Positions 17,147-25,936 of a DNA stretch of 64,000 bases are shown piece by piece (position 1 is the first letter of the stretch; each line of letters starts with the position of its first letter). Under the pieces are notes generated by a model. It was not told the DNA's origin and made no database searches. It saw nothing but the letters and a program-made list of their open reading frames with translations. Both the position numbers and the translations under genes were made by a program. Origin of the DNA: Nitrospirota bacterium (GTDB taxonomy: Bacteria > Nitrospirota > Thermodesulfovibrionia > Thermodesulfovibrionales > SM23-35); NCBI GenBank assembly GCA_040756135.1, contig JBFLZS010000007.1, positions 3,072 to 67,071 of the forward strand, given 5' to 3'.

Positions 17147-17775
17147 ATGAAACTCCTCATGATTGAACCAACGACAAGATTCCATCCATCAACAAGAACA
17201 AACAGCAAAAGCTTGAATGGCAATGATATCAGTATAGGGGGCAACATCATCATACCCATAGAAAGCAGTATACTGGATATAACCATATCAATGATGAGGA
17301 ATGGCAGAAATATGAGGACCCCCATTTCAAATGCCGTTTTTAACTCACTTATTGCAAATGCTGGCACAACAACTTTTAGAGGAAGATCCTTCGGATTTTG
17401 CGGCAATCTCTCTTTTGACATACTTAAAAAAAGAGCGATGTCTTTTTGTCTCGTCTGCTTCAACATGAAACTTTTGATAGGTGGCTCTGCCCTTTGAAAA
17501 GCCTCCTTCATCGTTATCTGTTTCCCGATATATGGATTTATTGAATCTCTCGCAATGACATCAATCGTTGGAGACATGATAAAAAAGGTTAAGAACAACG
17601 AAAGACCGATTATGACAGGATTCGGAGGCATCTGCTGTCCGCCGAGTGCCTGTCGCAACAATGAGAGTACAACAACAATCCTTGTGAACGACGTGAACAT
17701 GATCAGTATCGCTGGCAGAAGGGATAAGAAACTTATTAAGAGAAAGACCTCTACAACAGGATCATTTATGTTCAT
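17143..17775 (-). CDS. fliP: Flagellar export apparatus protein FliP
   Basis: [16 protein letters not shown] and [18 protein letters not shown] motifs. Confidence 0.93.
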   Translation of the reverse strand: MNINDPVVEVFLLISFLSLLPAILIMFTSFTRIVVVLSLLRQALGGQQMPPNPVIIGLSLFLTFFIMSPTIDVIARDSINPYIGKQITMKEAFQRAEPPIKSFMLKQTRQKDIALFLSMSKERLPQNPKDLPLKVVVPAFAISELKTAFEMGVLIFLPFLIIDMVISSILLSMGMMMLPPILISLPFKLLLFVLVDGWNLVVGSIMRSFI

Positions 17776-18082
17776 CGAAACGTTCCTTTATGTCTCTCAA
17801 CATCCTGAGTTTACTGTTTATTTCTGATGACGTGTGTTCATCAAATTCATTTTCCTTGAATGTCTTGAGCAGCCTGATATCCGTTGAAGTGATCCCTATC
17901 AGGAGTACTTCTCTTCCCATCTTCAGTGCTGCTATGCCCTTTCTTGGGCCAAAAGATTGGTAGGCAAGGATATTGATCACCCCGCTCTTACCTTGCCTCT
18001 TTTTCAGAAAAAGACTCATGAGAAAGATTATTCCAATTACTGCAGCGAGGGCAAGAATCATCTGTATATATGTTCCTGTCAT
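17762..18082 (-). CDS. fliO: FliO/FliZ-like small membrane protein
   Basis: Positioned between fliN and fliP. Single N-terminal TM ([18 protein letters not shown]) followed by KKRQGK. Confidence 0.7.
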   Translation of the reverse strand: MTGTYIQMILALAAVIGIIFLMSLFLKKRQGKSGVINILAYQSFGPRKGIAALKMGREVLLIGITSTDIRLLKTFKENEFDEHTSSEINSKLRMLRDIKERFDEHK

Positions 18083-18417
18083 CGGAGCTGATTGATCCTT
18101 TCTGCGGGACTGAGAATATCAGTCAGCCTGACGCCAAATTTTTCATTCACTACTACAACCTCTCCCCTTGCAACAAGCTTATTATTAACGAGTATCTCCA
18201 TAGGTTCACCGGCAAGCTTCTCAAGTTCAACAACAGAGCCCTGGCCGAGTTGTAAAAGGTCCTTGATAAGCATATTTGTGCTGCCCAGTACAACTGTGAT
18301 CTCAAGTGGTATGTCAAGGAGGAAATCTATATCCCTCTTAGTCGCTGGTTCCTTCTTTTCAACCTTTAACTCTTCGAAGTTTGCATCCTCAGCATCCTGA
18401 TCGGCCTTCTGTTTCAT
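18079..18417 (-). CDS. fliN: Flagellar motor switch protein FliN
   Basis: SpoA domain LLDIPLEITVVLGSTNMLIKDLLQLGQGSVVELEKLAGEPMEILVNNKLVARGEVVVVNEKFGVRLTDI. Confidence 0.9.
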   Translation of the reverse strand: MKQKADQDAEDANFEELKVEKKEPATKRDIDFLLDIPLEITVVLGSTNMLIKDLLQLGQGSVVELEKLAGEPMEILVNNKLVARGEVVVVNEKFGVRLTDILSPAERINQLR

Positions 18418-19397
18418 TACAATCTCCTTTCTAATACATCTGTTATTTTCAGTGCCTGGTTGCCCCTGCTGTATCCCGGCATCCCGATGAATTTAGGCAA
18501 ACCTTCTATCCTGACGAGGAGACCGTCAGATACCGGCTTGCCGAGACTGATCACGTTGCCGACTTCAAGGTTCATAAGTTCCTCAAATGTGAGTTCCACC
18601 TTTCCGATCTCTGCCACAATCTCAACATATGAATACATGAGCATCTCTTTCAAACTGGTAACCCATCGGTGATCGGTTTCAAATTTCTCGGTCTGGACTC
18701 CGGAATACAGTTTTTCCTTGACAGACTCTATCATGGAGTAGGGAATACAGAAGAAAAACTTCCCGGCAAAATCCTCCACCTCTATATGTATTTCGATTTT
18801 TATTACTATTTCACTCGGGGTAACAATGGTCACGAATTGAGGACTCATCTCAGAGCCAACGTGTTCCGGCTGTACAGGTGCAATGCCACTCCATGCATTT
18901 GCCACATCATTCAGCGCCATTGTTACCACCTTCTTGATAACCCTCTGTTCTATGGACGTGAAGGACCTGCCTTCAGATTTGACATGCTTTGCACTGGTGC
19001 TCCCAAAAAAGAATTCCACAAAGGCAAAAACGAGAGGGGCCTCAATTACTAAGAGTGAATAACCCTTGAGGGGTTCCATCTTGAATATATTAATGCTGGA
19101 TGGAAAGGGAATGGTCTTCATGAACTCCCCGAATTTTACAATCTCCACGTTGTGAATGCTTATGTCTACAAATTTCATAATAAGAGTTGAGACTGAGTTC
19201 CTGAAAAACCTTGCAAACCTTTCGTTGGCTATTTCAAGTCCGGGCATCCTGCCACGGACTATGCGTTCCTGACTGGTAAAGTCATAGGGCCTGATTCCAG
19301 AAAGTATCTTATCCCTTGCAGTTTCTGTGTCTATCTCTCCTGCCTGCACCCCCTTAAGGAGCGCATCCACTTCATCCTGTGATAGTATGTCACTCAT
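18417..19397 (-). CDS. fliM: Flagellar motor switch protein FliM
   Basis: N-terminal CheY-P binding peptide LSQDEVDALL, FliM middle domain, C-terminal SpoA-like domain. Confidence 0.93.
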   Translation of the reverse strand: MSDILSQDEVDALLKGVQAGEIDTETARDKILSGIRPYDFTSQERIVRGRMPGLEIANERFARFFRNSVSTLIMKFVDISIHNVEIVKFGEFMKTIPFPSSINIFKMEPLKGYSLLVIEAPLVFAFVEFFFGSTSAKHVKSEGRSFTSIEQRVIKKVVTMALNDVANAWSGIAPVQPEHVGSEMSPQFVTIVTPSEIVIKIEIHIEVEDFAGKFFFCIPYSMIESVKEKLYSGVQTEKFETDHRWVTSLKEMLMYSYVEIVAEIGKVELTFEELMNLEVGNVISLGKPVSDGLLVRIEGLPKFIGMPGYSRGNQALKITDVLERRL

Positions 19398-19897
19398 TGC
19401 ATTACAAACTCCGTAAAGTAAAGATTTTTAAAGACATCCTTCCCTATTGTCTGATTGGCCCTGAGAAGGAGTTCGTCCTTTAACTGAAATTTCCCTTCAG
19501 GGCTCGATATAGACTCGAAGGTTTTGCTGCTTACGAGAATGATGATTGCATCTCTCAAATTAGGAATCTTATCAGCAACTATTTGATGATATGATTTGTC
19601 CGAAATTTCTAACTGTATAGATACCTTTAAGAATCTTCCGTGGTCTGCGAGGTTCATAACGAAGGGATCAAGGGCAAAGAGCTCTGTTTTTGCTGATTCC
19701 TTTTCTTTCTCATGGACTGTCTCACCTGACTTCAGTTTTTTCCCGATGACCATCGTGTAGGCAAAGTAACCGCTTACAAGGGAAATTAACATTGCACCTG
19801 CTATGATTATTATCAGTTTCTTCTTTCCCTTACGGGTTGTTTCTTTCTGGGGCTCACTCGACTCTTGAGATTCTTTTTCAAGCTCTTCATCTGCCAT
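19394..19897 (-). CDS. fliL: Flagellar basal-body-associated protein FliL
   Basis: Start placed at MADEELEKE (ATG at 19897) with GGAGGA upstream. Single TM (LIIIIAGAMLISLV), then a FliL domain. The longer ORF to 20026 runs into a family C repeat. Confidence 0.8.
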   Translation of the reverse strand: MADEELEKESQESSEPQKETTRKGKKKLIIIIAGAMLISLVSGYFAYTMVIGKKLKSGETVHEKEKESAKTELFALDPFVMNLADHGRFLKVSIQLEISDKSYHQIVADKIPNLRDAIIILVSSKTFESISSPEGKFQLKDELLLRANQTIGKDVFKNLYFTEFVMQ

Positions 19898-19974
19898 ATA
19901 GCTTCCTCCTGCTGCTGTATTTATGTAACCCTTCAGTAAAGCGTGGTGGTTTACAAAAGCGGCATACCCTTCGA

Positions 19975-20112
19975 CATCCTTCGACAAGCTCAGGATGACA
20001 TTGTCATGGTGAGCCTGTCGAACCATCAGGGTGACACTACTCGATACATTGTGGATTTGTCATGGTGAGCGTTCGACTGAGCTCACGCCGAAGGCTTGTC
20101 GAATCCATGACA
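19975..20112. repeat. Family C repeat (gtcatcctgagc / ggtgagc..gtcgaacc modules)
   Basis: catccttcgacaagctcaggatgacattgtcatggtgagcctgtcgaacc ... ttgtcatggtgagcgttcgactgagctcacgccgaaggcttgtcgaatccatgac. Confidence 0.7.
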
Positions 20113-20159
20113 TCCAAGCTCCTCCCTTCACTGAATGATTGCGTATTTATTCATCTGTT

Positions 20160-20175
20160 TACAAAGAGCGTGCCA
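20160..20175 (-). promoter_or_regulatory. Sigma-54 promoter candidate for the fliL-to-fliA operon
   Basis: The minus strand reads TGGCAC gctct TTGTA: correct GG-to-G spacing, -24 box perfect, -12 box TTGT instead of TTGC. Lies about 260 nt upstream of the fliL ATG and downstream of the flgE terminator. Confidence 0.5.
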
Positions 20176-20252
20176 GCTTATAACTTATTGAAAATAAATA
20201 TATTTTTATGAAGGTGATTAAGATCAGCAGATATATGTCAAATAAATGACTT

Positions 20253-20408
20253 AATAGTGTCTGTGTATAAACTGCTGTTCGGATAATCCGTCATTCCCCG
20301 ACTTGATCCCCCGATCAAGTCGGAGGACGGAATCCAGTGTTTTCAATATGTTCTGGATTGTCCGGTCAAGCCGGACAATGACAAAATACGACTTTATACA
20401 CAGATTCT
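20253..20408. mobile_element. Family A MITE-like element, full length
   Basis: aatagtgtctgtgtataaac ... twin hairpins ... actttatacacagattct. Confidence 0.8.
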
Positions 20409-20429
20409 GTTTAATGCGTTTGTATTAAT

Positions 20430-20463
20430 AAAAAAAGGAGGGCAGGTAAATTACCTGTCCTCC
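20430..20463 (-). terminator. Rho-independent terminator after flgE
   Basis: The minus strand has a 12-bp stem (ggaggacaggta / tacctgccctcc, one mismatch), a 3-nt loop, and a run of seven T. It starts 23 nt after the flgE stop. Confidence 0.75.
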
Positions 20464-20485
20464 TTTGCCATGTGCGGGGTAAATA

Positions 20486-21772
20486 TTATCTCTTCAGATT
20501 CACAAGCTCCTGCAGCATCTCATCAGTTGTCGTTATTATCCTTGAATTTGCCTGAAATCCCCTCTGTGCAGAGATCATCCTGACAAACTCCTCTGCCAGG
20601 TCAACATTACTGAGTTCCAGCGTATTTGAGAGGACTCTTCCCAAACCAGAGGTGTTTGCTGTGCCAACAATGGGCTCTCCTGAATCAAAGGATTCTGCAT
20701 AAAGGTTTCTTCCAAGCTTTGTAAGGCCCGTAGGTGCGATGAATTTTGCCAGCGCAACCTGTCCAATCGCCCTTGTCTGACCATTTGTGAAGACTCCTGT
20801 AATGATACCATCCTCCGAAATTGTCAGATTTTTTAAAGACCCTGCGGCATAGCCGTCCTGACTCAAGTTAATAACAGCAAAATCCGATGCAAACTGTGTT
20901 GTTCCATCAAGTCCATTGCCAGCAGGGGTCTCCCCCGTGCCAGTTCCATAGTTAAATGTGACATCCTGTGGTGTTGTTACAGTTGCCCCAAAATCAAAGC
21001 TTATTGCTGTGCCGCTGCCATCATCAACGAGGGCACCATTTTCATCGAATGTAAGCGATTGAGTTCCTGCATCGACAAGTAATGCAGGATCTGTTGGATC
21101 CTCATGAACATAGTGGACTTCCCAGGCATTGTCGCCAGTCTTTACAAAATAGAGCGTTACCTGATGGTCTCCTCCCTGAGAGTCGTATATAGTAATAGTC
21201 GTGGAGAAATTATAATTAGCAGGATCATCTGAGGTCCCATCTCCGTTTCCATCAAGAGTAAAGGGATCTGCGAGAATCTCTGCCGCTGCGTCTAAATTTA
21301 CTGCCATCTCTACATTAGATGTTGCATTAGGTGGGCTCTGAGATGTAGCTACAGTCAAATTTCCAACTTCGCCAGTAATATTTCCTGCTGCATCAGCACT
21401 GTAACCCTGTAATATGAGACCATCAGGGTTGACAATATTGCCATCTTTGTCAAGGTCAAACTGACCCGCTCTGGTATAATATCTTGCACTGCCTTCGTTC
21501 ACAATGAAGAATCCATCCCCATCAATGGCAATGTCAAGGGCACTCGCTGTAGTTTCGAATGAACCTTGAGTAAACAGCGGTGATACACTGCTTATGAGCA
21601 CTCCACGACCTATCTGTGATGAACCGGCTACACCTGCCAGCACATCAGCAAATGACACCCTGCTTCCTTTAAATCCTACGGTGTTCATGTTTGCAATGTT
21701 ATCCCCGATCACAGAAAGGGATGTCCCGTTTACATTTAAACCACTTATTGCTGTGTAAAGTGATGTTAACAT
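20486..21772 (-). CDS. flgE: Flagellar hook protein FlgE
   Basis: N-terminal SLYTAISGLNVNG..IANMNTVGFK and C-terminal FQANSRIITTTDEMLQELVNLKR. Confidence 0.92.
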   Translation of the reverse strand: MLTSLYTAISGLNVNGTSLSVIGDNIANMNTVGFKGSRVSFADVLAGVAGSSQIGRGVLISSVSPLFTQGSFETTASALDIAIDGDGFFIVNEGSARYYTRAGQFDLDKDGNIVNPDGLILQGYSADAAGNITGEVGNLTVATSQSPPNATSNVEMAVNLDAAAEILADPFTLDGNGDGTSDDPANYNFSTTITIYDSQGGDHQVTLYFVKTGDNAWEVHYVHEDPTDPALLVDAGTQSLTFDENGALVDDGSGTAISFDFGATVTTPQDVTFNYGTGTGETPAGNGLDGTTQFASDFAVINLSQDGYAAGSLKNLTISEDGIITGVFTNGQTRAIGQVALAKFIAPTGLTKLGRNLYAESFDSGEPIVGTANTSGLGRVLSNTLELSNVDLAEEFVRMISAQRGFQANSRIITTTDEMLQELVNLKR

Positions 21773-21918
21773 TATTAATCACCTCCTTTCATTATTTTTA
21801 TCTCCACCCATCAGTTGCATAATTTTTAATGTAGAACGTCTCTAAATGATCTGCTAGCGTGCATTTGAAGTCTAATATCATATCGCCGTTAAAGTTCACT
21901 TAAAGTTAACTCCTTGTT

Positions 21919-21987
21919 GTCATTCTCCGGCTTGACCGGAGAATCCAGTTTTTTTCTCTGGATTGCCCGATCAAGTCGGGCAATGAC
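21919..21987. repeat. Family A element (inner twin hairpins)
   Basis: gtcattctccggcttgaccggagaatccag ttttttt ctctggattgcccgatcaagtcgggcaatgac. Confidence 0.75.
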
Positions 21988-22047
21988 GATCGTTGGATAA
22001 TTTATGCAACATTTGGGTCCACATGTTGTATTTTTACCGTTGTCATC

Positions 22048-22656
22048 TTAACTTATCTCCTTTATGTCACTTAATTGGATTTTCGTCATTCCATCAATTA
22101 TAAGGTACGTAATGTTATCTTCGAATGTGACCCCTGTTACCGTTCCCCATATACTGGTAGTTGCTTCAACAGGATTGCCATCGGCATCGTAGGCCTCTAC
22201 CTTGATAGTATATTTCCCCTCTGGAAGTGTTGCACCATTAGAATCTTTTCCATCCCACACGTAATTCTTATTTCCTGCTGTCTGTGTTCCAAGATTAACT
22301 TCTCGAACAATATTCCCGCTGGAATCAGATATTGAGATTTTAACCTCCGAGGCATCCTCCGAGAGTGTGTAATTTATCTCGGCATTATCCTTGAGATATA
22401 TCTCTTCTCCGTCAAATTTTACCTTCCTCCCTATAAGGCTTGTTGTAAGTGTATTCTGAAGGGAGTTCTGAAAGAGCATTAAGTTGTCCATCTGTTCATT
22501 GATATTAGTTAACTGTTCGAGAGAGCTAAACTGAGCAAGCTGCGAGGTAAACTCTGTGCTATCCAGGGGATCTAAAGGGTCTTGATAACGCAGCTGCGTA
22601 ATAAAAAGCGTCAGGAAATCGTCTTTACCTAAAGTCTGTCCTGTTGAAATATCCAT
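22048..22656 (-). CDS. flgD: Flagellar hook capping/assembly protein FlgD
   Basis: LGKDDFLTLFITQLRYQDPLDP motif plus a C-terminal FlgD Ig-like region. Confidence 0.9.
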   Translation of the reverse strand: MDISTGQTLGKDDFLTLFITQLRYQDPLDPLDSTEFTSQLAQFSSLEQLTNINEQMDNLMLFQNSLQNTLTTSLIGRKVKFDGEEIYLKDNAEINYTLSEDASEVKISISDSSGNIVREVNLGTQTAGNKNYVWDGKDSNGATLPEGKYTIKVEAYDADGNPVEATTSIWGTVTGVTFEDNITYLIIDGMTKIQLSDIKEIS

Positions 22657-22671
22657 GATATAACCTCCGTT

Positions 22672-24594
22672 TCACACAAAAATGCTAACTATACGATTGT
22701 TCATAGAATTGATAGGTAAATGTTTGTTTTCATCTGTTACACAAAAAACTTTCATATTTTTTTCCTCATCTTTAAATTCCTTTCTTCTGTCTTTCAGATG
22801 AACAGAAAAGCTACCGATGTTTATCCCCTCATTATGAAGGGCGTTGACGATACTATGTATGTTCCTTTCGATAAGTTCTTTGCCGACAGTTTCCGACACG
22901 CCTATTTTTGCATTTACCAAACCTCTGTCCAGACTCAGGTGGATGTCAAGCTTTCCAATCCCATCAGGCTCAAGAGAAACCTCTATGGCAGTGCCGTCTC
23001 GCCTGGTTATTATGAATGTATTTCGAAATAAGCGATTAGTCTCAGGTGTCTCTGTTGCATGATGAACAATCTTCGCACTGTCCTGATTGGTAACGTTCTC
23101 AGGAGAAGACAATGCACCTGCATGGCTGTCTATGATTTCAAGTGTTTTACCATATTGGTCATATTTCATATTTTTACTCTGTCTACCTTGTGCAGATGTC
23201 TCGCTGAGAAAAGCCATTTCGTTCCGGGTTGATTTTATGGAAGACTCAGATAACAGAGATTTGACATCGCAATCTGAAGTCGACTTTGGAATTTGCTCCG
23301 AAAATAGGGCAGGCATCTTGCCTGACAAACGAGGCAGGATGCCCCGGCTATTTTCATATTCCTTTGTGCCGACTCGTCGGCATGAGGGTTTAGGTTGCAT
23401 TACAAACAGATTGCTTTTTGCATCAGCAGGAGTTGATTCATTGCCATCTCCTGTTGCCTGGGTGTGATGAAATACTGATGCATCAGGCTCTTTTGTAAGA
23501 GAGAACGTTTGAATAAAATCCGCTTTGCCCCCCACCACAGAAAGCCACGCCCCGCACCAAAAACTTTTGGTGTCGGGGCACGGGTGTAAAGCCGTGATGC
23601 GGGGTTCATTTTGAAAGACCATATCTGACTGCATTTGAGAACTTATGGAAGATATCTGGACAAATAGGCTCTTTAATAATGATTCTTCTGTTTCACTATC
23701 AACACCCTCTGCTGACAAACCGGCAAATAGCTTGCCTATGTCAAAATGAATAGCAGGAGGTTCCTCCGTAAGAGCGGCACCTGCGTCTTTCTTGATATTT
23801 AGAAGGTCAGGTTGAACTTGCTGCTCATCCTGGGGTATCAGGTATTGTTCCCCATATCCTTTCAATCCTGAGAGTATCTGATCCGCTGACAAACCGGCAA
23901 ATAGCTTGCCTATGTCAAAATGAATAACGGGGGTTTTCTCCGTAAGATCAGCATTTGCATCCTTCTTGATATTACTACAGCGAATCTTTTCGTCATGCCC
24001 GAAGTCCTTAATCGGCCATCCACCCTTCGGCAGGCCTGTCCTGAGCAATGTGTCATCCTTCGACAAGCTCAGGATGACACAAGCCGAAGGGCTCAGGGTG
24101 ACAATTGTCATGGTGAGCTTGTCGAACCATGGATTCCGGGTCAAGCCCGAAATGACAGATGAAGGAGATGATTTCAGGTATTTTATTGAAAAGTTCGCTG
24201 TAGTGTTATTTAGAAAATCAGATTGAATTTGCTGCTCATCCTGGGGTATCAGGTATTGTTCCCTATATCCTTTCAATCCTGAGAGTATCTGATCCGCTGA
24301 TAAACCGGCAAGTAGCTTGCATATGTCAAAATGAACAACAGTAGGTTTCTCCGCAAGATCAGCACGAGAAAAAAGATTACTGAGCAGAGGTGATTGGATC
24401 TTTGTACTATCTTCAGTGGCTTGCTGGTTTTTCTGAACAGGTATAGATTGATGGTCCGGGAACATGTTCAATATGCTGCCCATGAGATCATAAAAAAAAT
24501 TATCTTCGGATTGAGCCTTTTCTGATGCGGAGGGTTTTAAGAGTTGAGAAATCACATTGGAGGTATCCAGACCATTTGTTGTTACTTCATTCAT
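22672..24594 (-). CDS. fliK: Flagellar hook-length control protein FliK, unusually long
   Basis: C-terminal Flg_hook-type domain (EVSLEPDGIGKLDIHLSLDRGLVNAKIGVSETVGKELIERNIHSIVNAL). Positioned between the ylxF-like gene and flgD. Start placed at MNEVTT (24594); the ORF track offers 24645. Confidence 0.8.
   Translation of the reverse strand: MNEVTTNGLDTSNVISQLLKPSASEKAQSEDNFFYDLMGSILNMFPDHQSIPVQKNQQATEDSTKIQSPLLSNLFSRADLAEKPTVVHFDICKLLAGLSADQILSGLKGYREQYLIPQDEQQIQSDFLNNTTANFSIKYLKSSPSSVISGLTRNPWFDKLTMTIVTLSPSACVILSLSKDDTLLRTGLPKGGWPIKDFGHDEKIRCSNIKKDANADLTEKTPVIHFDIGKLFAGLSADQILSGLKGYGEQYLIPQDEQQVQPDLLNIKKDAGAALTEEPPAIHFDIGKLFAGLSAEGVDSETEESLLKSLFVQISSISSQMQSDMVFQNEPRITALHPCPDTKSFWCGAWLSVVGGKADFIQTFSLTKEPDASVFHHTQATGDGNESTPADAKSNLFVMQPKPSCRRVGTKEYENSRGILPRLSGKMPALFSEQIPKSTSDCDVKSLLSESSIKSTRNEMAFLSETSAQGRQSKNMKYDQYGKTLEIIDSHAGALSSPENVTNQDSAKIVHHATETPETNRLFRNTFIITRRDGTAIEVSLEPDGIGKLDIHLSLDRGLVNAKIGVSETVGKELIERNIHSIVNALHNEGINIGSFSVHLKDRRKEFKDEEKNMKVFCVTDENKHLPINSMNNRIVSIFV
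23709..24365. repeat. About 165-bp coding repeat present in 2.5 copies inside fliK
   Basis: Copies at 23709-23798 (partial), 23812-23972 and 24228-24365. Each encodes (V/I)HFDIGKLFAGLSADQILSGLKGY.EQYLIPQDEQQ. Confidence 0.85.
23973..24225. repeat. Composite family A/C repeat DNA inserted in frame between fliK repeat copies
   Basis: Contains gtcatccttcgacaagctcaggatgac, ttgtcatggtgagcttgtcgaacc and ggattccgggtcaagcccgaaatgac modules. Translated as ..SPSACVILSLSKDDTLLRTGLPKGGWPIKDFGHDEK.. Confidence 0.75.
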
Positions 24595-24657
24595 GACATT
24601 CGCATAACAATAAATATGCCAGGAGTGAAATTGTAGGAATATCAAGGCTGAATGGTA

Positions 24658-24813
24658 TAAATAGTGTCTCCATAAAGTCGTATTTTGTCATTGTCCGGCT
24701 TGACCGGACAATCCAGAACCTATTGAAAACACTGGATTCCGTCCTCCGACTTGATCGGGGGATCAAGTCGGGGAATGACGGATAACTTAATTCTTAGTTT
24801 ATGGATAGATTCT
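24658..24813. mobile_element. Family A MITE-like element, full length
   Basis: aaatagtgtctccataaag ... gtcattgtccggcttgaccggacaatccag ... ggggaatgac ... agtttatggatagattct. Confidence 0.8.
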
Positions 24814-24852
24814 AAATAGAGGGGATTGGCCTGATCTACAGGTGAAAAAATT

Positions 24853-25401
24853 TCATTCGGTAGGAAATTTTTTCTCGATCCTTGTGAGGCCCTCGGTAAT
24901 AGATGCAACTTTCTTTGCATCCATATACGCCAGTACCGCTCCTGCTTTTTTGCTCTTCATTCCACTAATGATCTCTATTGCTGTACGTTCATCAAGGGCG
25001 GCGAGTTTCGAAGCTGCTTCTTCAGGCGGCATGCCTTCATAAATCTTGACAACATATTCAAGTCTCTCAGCCTTGATCTTCTCGATCTGTTTCAGTTTTA
25101 TATCAAGTTCGCTTAAAAGCTTTGTATATTTCTCTATCTTCTCTTCGATGTCTTTTTTAAGGGCATTCAGCTTCTTGTCTTCTTTCTCGAGCTGCTCCTC
25201 CTTGATTTTTAATTCCTTCTGTTTTTTCTCAATCAACGAAACAACATCATCCTGGGCTGATGTAGAAACAGAAAACAGGGCACAGAGAAAAGAACACAGA
25301 ACACAGCCAATAAAAAATACATTTATTGAGGCTCTTGCAAAAGTCATGAAAGCCGCTGTTTTTGTCATTTCGAGTGAAACGAGAAATCTTTTAATCAACA
25401 T
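24853..25401 (-). CDS. YlxF/MotE-like flagellar protein (N-terminal anchor, coiled coil, MgtE-N-like domain)
   Basis: Positioned between fliJ and fliK as in B. subtilis ylxF. K/E-rich coiled coil, then YEGMPPEEAASKLAALDERTAIEIISGMKSKKAGAVLAYMD. The start is uncertain (25401, 25368 or 25347). Confidence 0.65.
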   Translation of the reverse strand: MLIKRFLVSLEMTKTAAFMTFARASINVFFIGCVLCSFLCALFSVSTSAQDDVVSLIEKKQKELKIKEEQLEKEDKKLNALKKDIEEKIEKYTKLLSELDIKLKQIEKIKAERLEYVVKIYEGMPPEEAASKLAALDERTAIEIISGMKSKKAGAVLAYMDAKKVASITEGLTRIEKKFPTE

Positions 25402-25459
25402 GTTTCAAGATTCCTCACATTCGTTCGGAATGACGATTTGTAACTTTTGCAAGAGCCTC
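25328..25459. mobile_element. Family G MITE-like element overlapping the 5' end of the ylxF-like gene
   Basis: Perfect 17-bp TIRs gaggctcttgcaaaagt (25328-25344) and acttttgcaagagcctc (25443-25459). Internal hairpin modules gtcatttcgagtgaaacgagaaatc and gattcctcacattcgttcggaatgac. Flanked by cacagaacacag-type family D arms (25266-25308, 25465-25490). Confidence 0.8.
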
Positions 25460-25489
25460 TATTAGTTCTGTTTTCTGTCTTCTGTGTTT

Positions 25490-25936
25490 TCATTTCCTTG
25501 ATTTCTTAGATAAAAAGTTAAAGTCAGCTTCCTTCTGTTCGAGGAGAAACATCTTTTTATTTTCTTCATGAAGGATTTTATCTTTGAGTTTTTCAAAGAT
25601 ACGTTTCTCTTTGTATGCCTCCAACATTTCCCTTTTTTTCATTTCAAGCTCTTTGGCAAGTAGAAAGACTACATTTCTTTGTTTCTCTATCTGTTTTCCG
25701 AGATGTGAAAGATAATCGTATAAAAGCCCCATTTCATGGATATTTATATTTAATAATCCTTTGTTTTGCTTACAGTTAAACGCTGCGACTGTATTTTTCA
25801 AGGTCTCTTCGAGATGGTTTAGACTTGCCTTTTCAGCATTGAATTTATCATTGACTTTCCTGACCTCTGCCTCGATCTGTTCTTGTGAAAATTCCTTCAG
25901 TTCCAGTACCTTTGCAATAGTTCTTTTTCGTGTCAT
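25490..25936 (-). CDS. fliJ: Flagellar export chaperone-like protein FliJ
   Basis: 148-aa all-helical K/E-rich protein, overlapping the fliI stop. Position is typical of fliJ. Confidence 0.75.
   Translation of the reverse strand: MTRKRTIAKVLELKEFSQEQIEAEVRKVNDKFNAEKASLNHLEETLKNTVAAFNCKQNKGLLNINIHEMGLLYDYLSHLGKQIEKQRNVVFLLAKELEMKKREMLEAYKEKRIFEKLKDKILHEENKKMFLLEQKEADFNFLSKKSRK

Noticed and set aside
19898-20026. N-terminal extension of the fliL ORF (MVRQAHHDNVILSLSKD...).
   Set aside because: The extension is a translated family C repeat. An internal ATG at 19897 has a GGAGGA RBS and gives a normal FliL N-terminus.
22005-22021. Sigma-54-like sequence TGGACC-N..-TTGCA on the minus strand between flgD and flgE.
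   Set aside because: The GG-to-GC spacing is one nucleotide too long, and the -24 box is poor.
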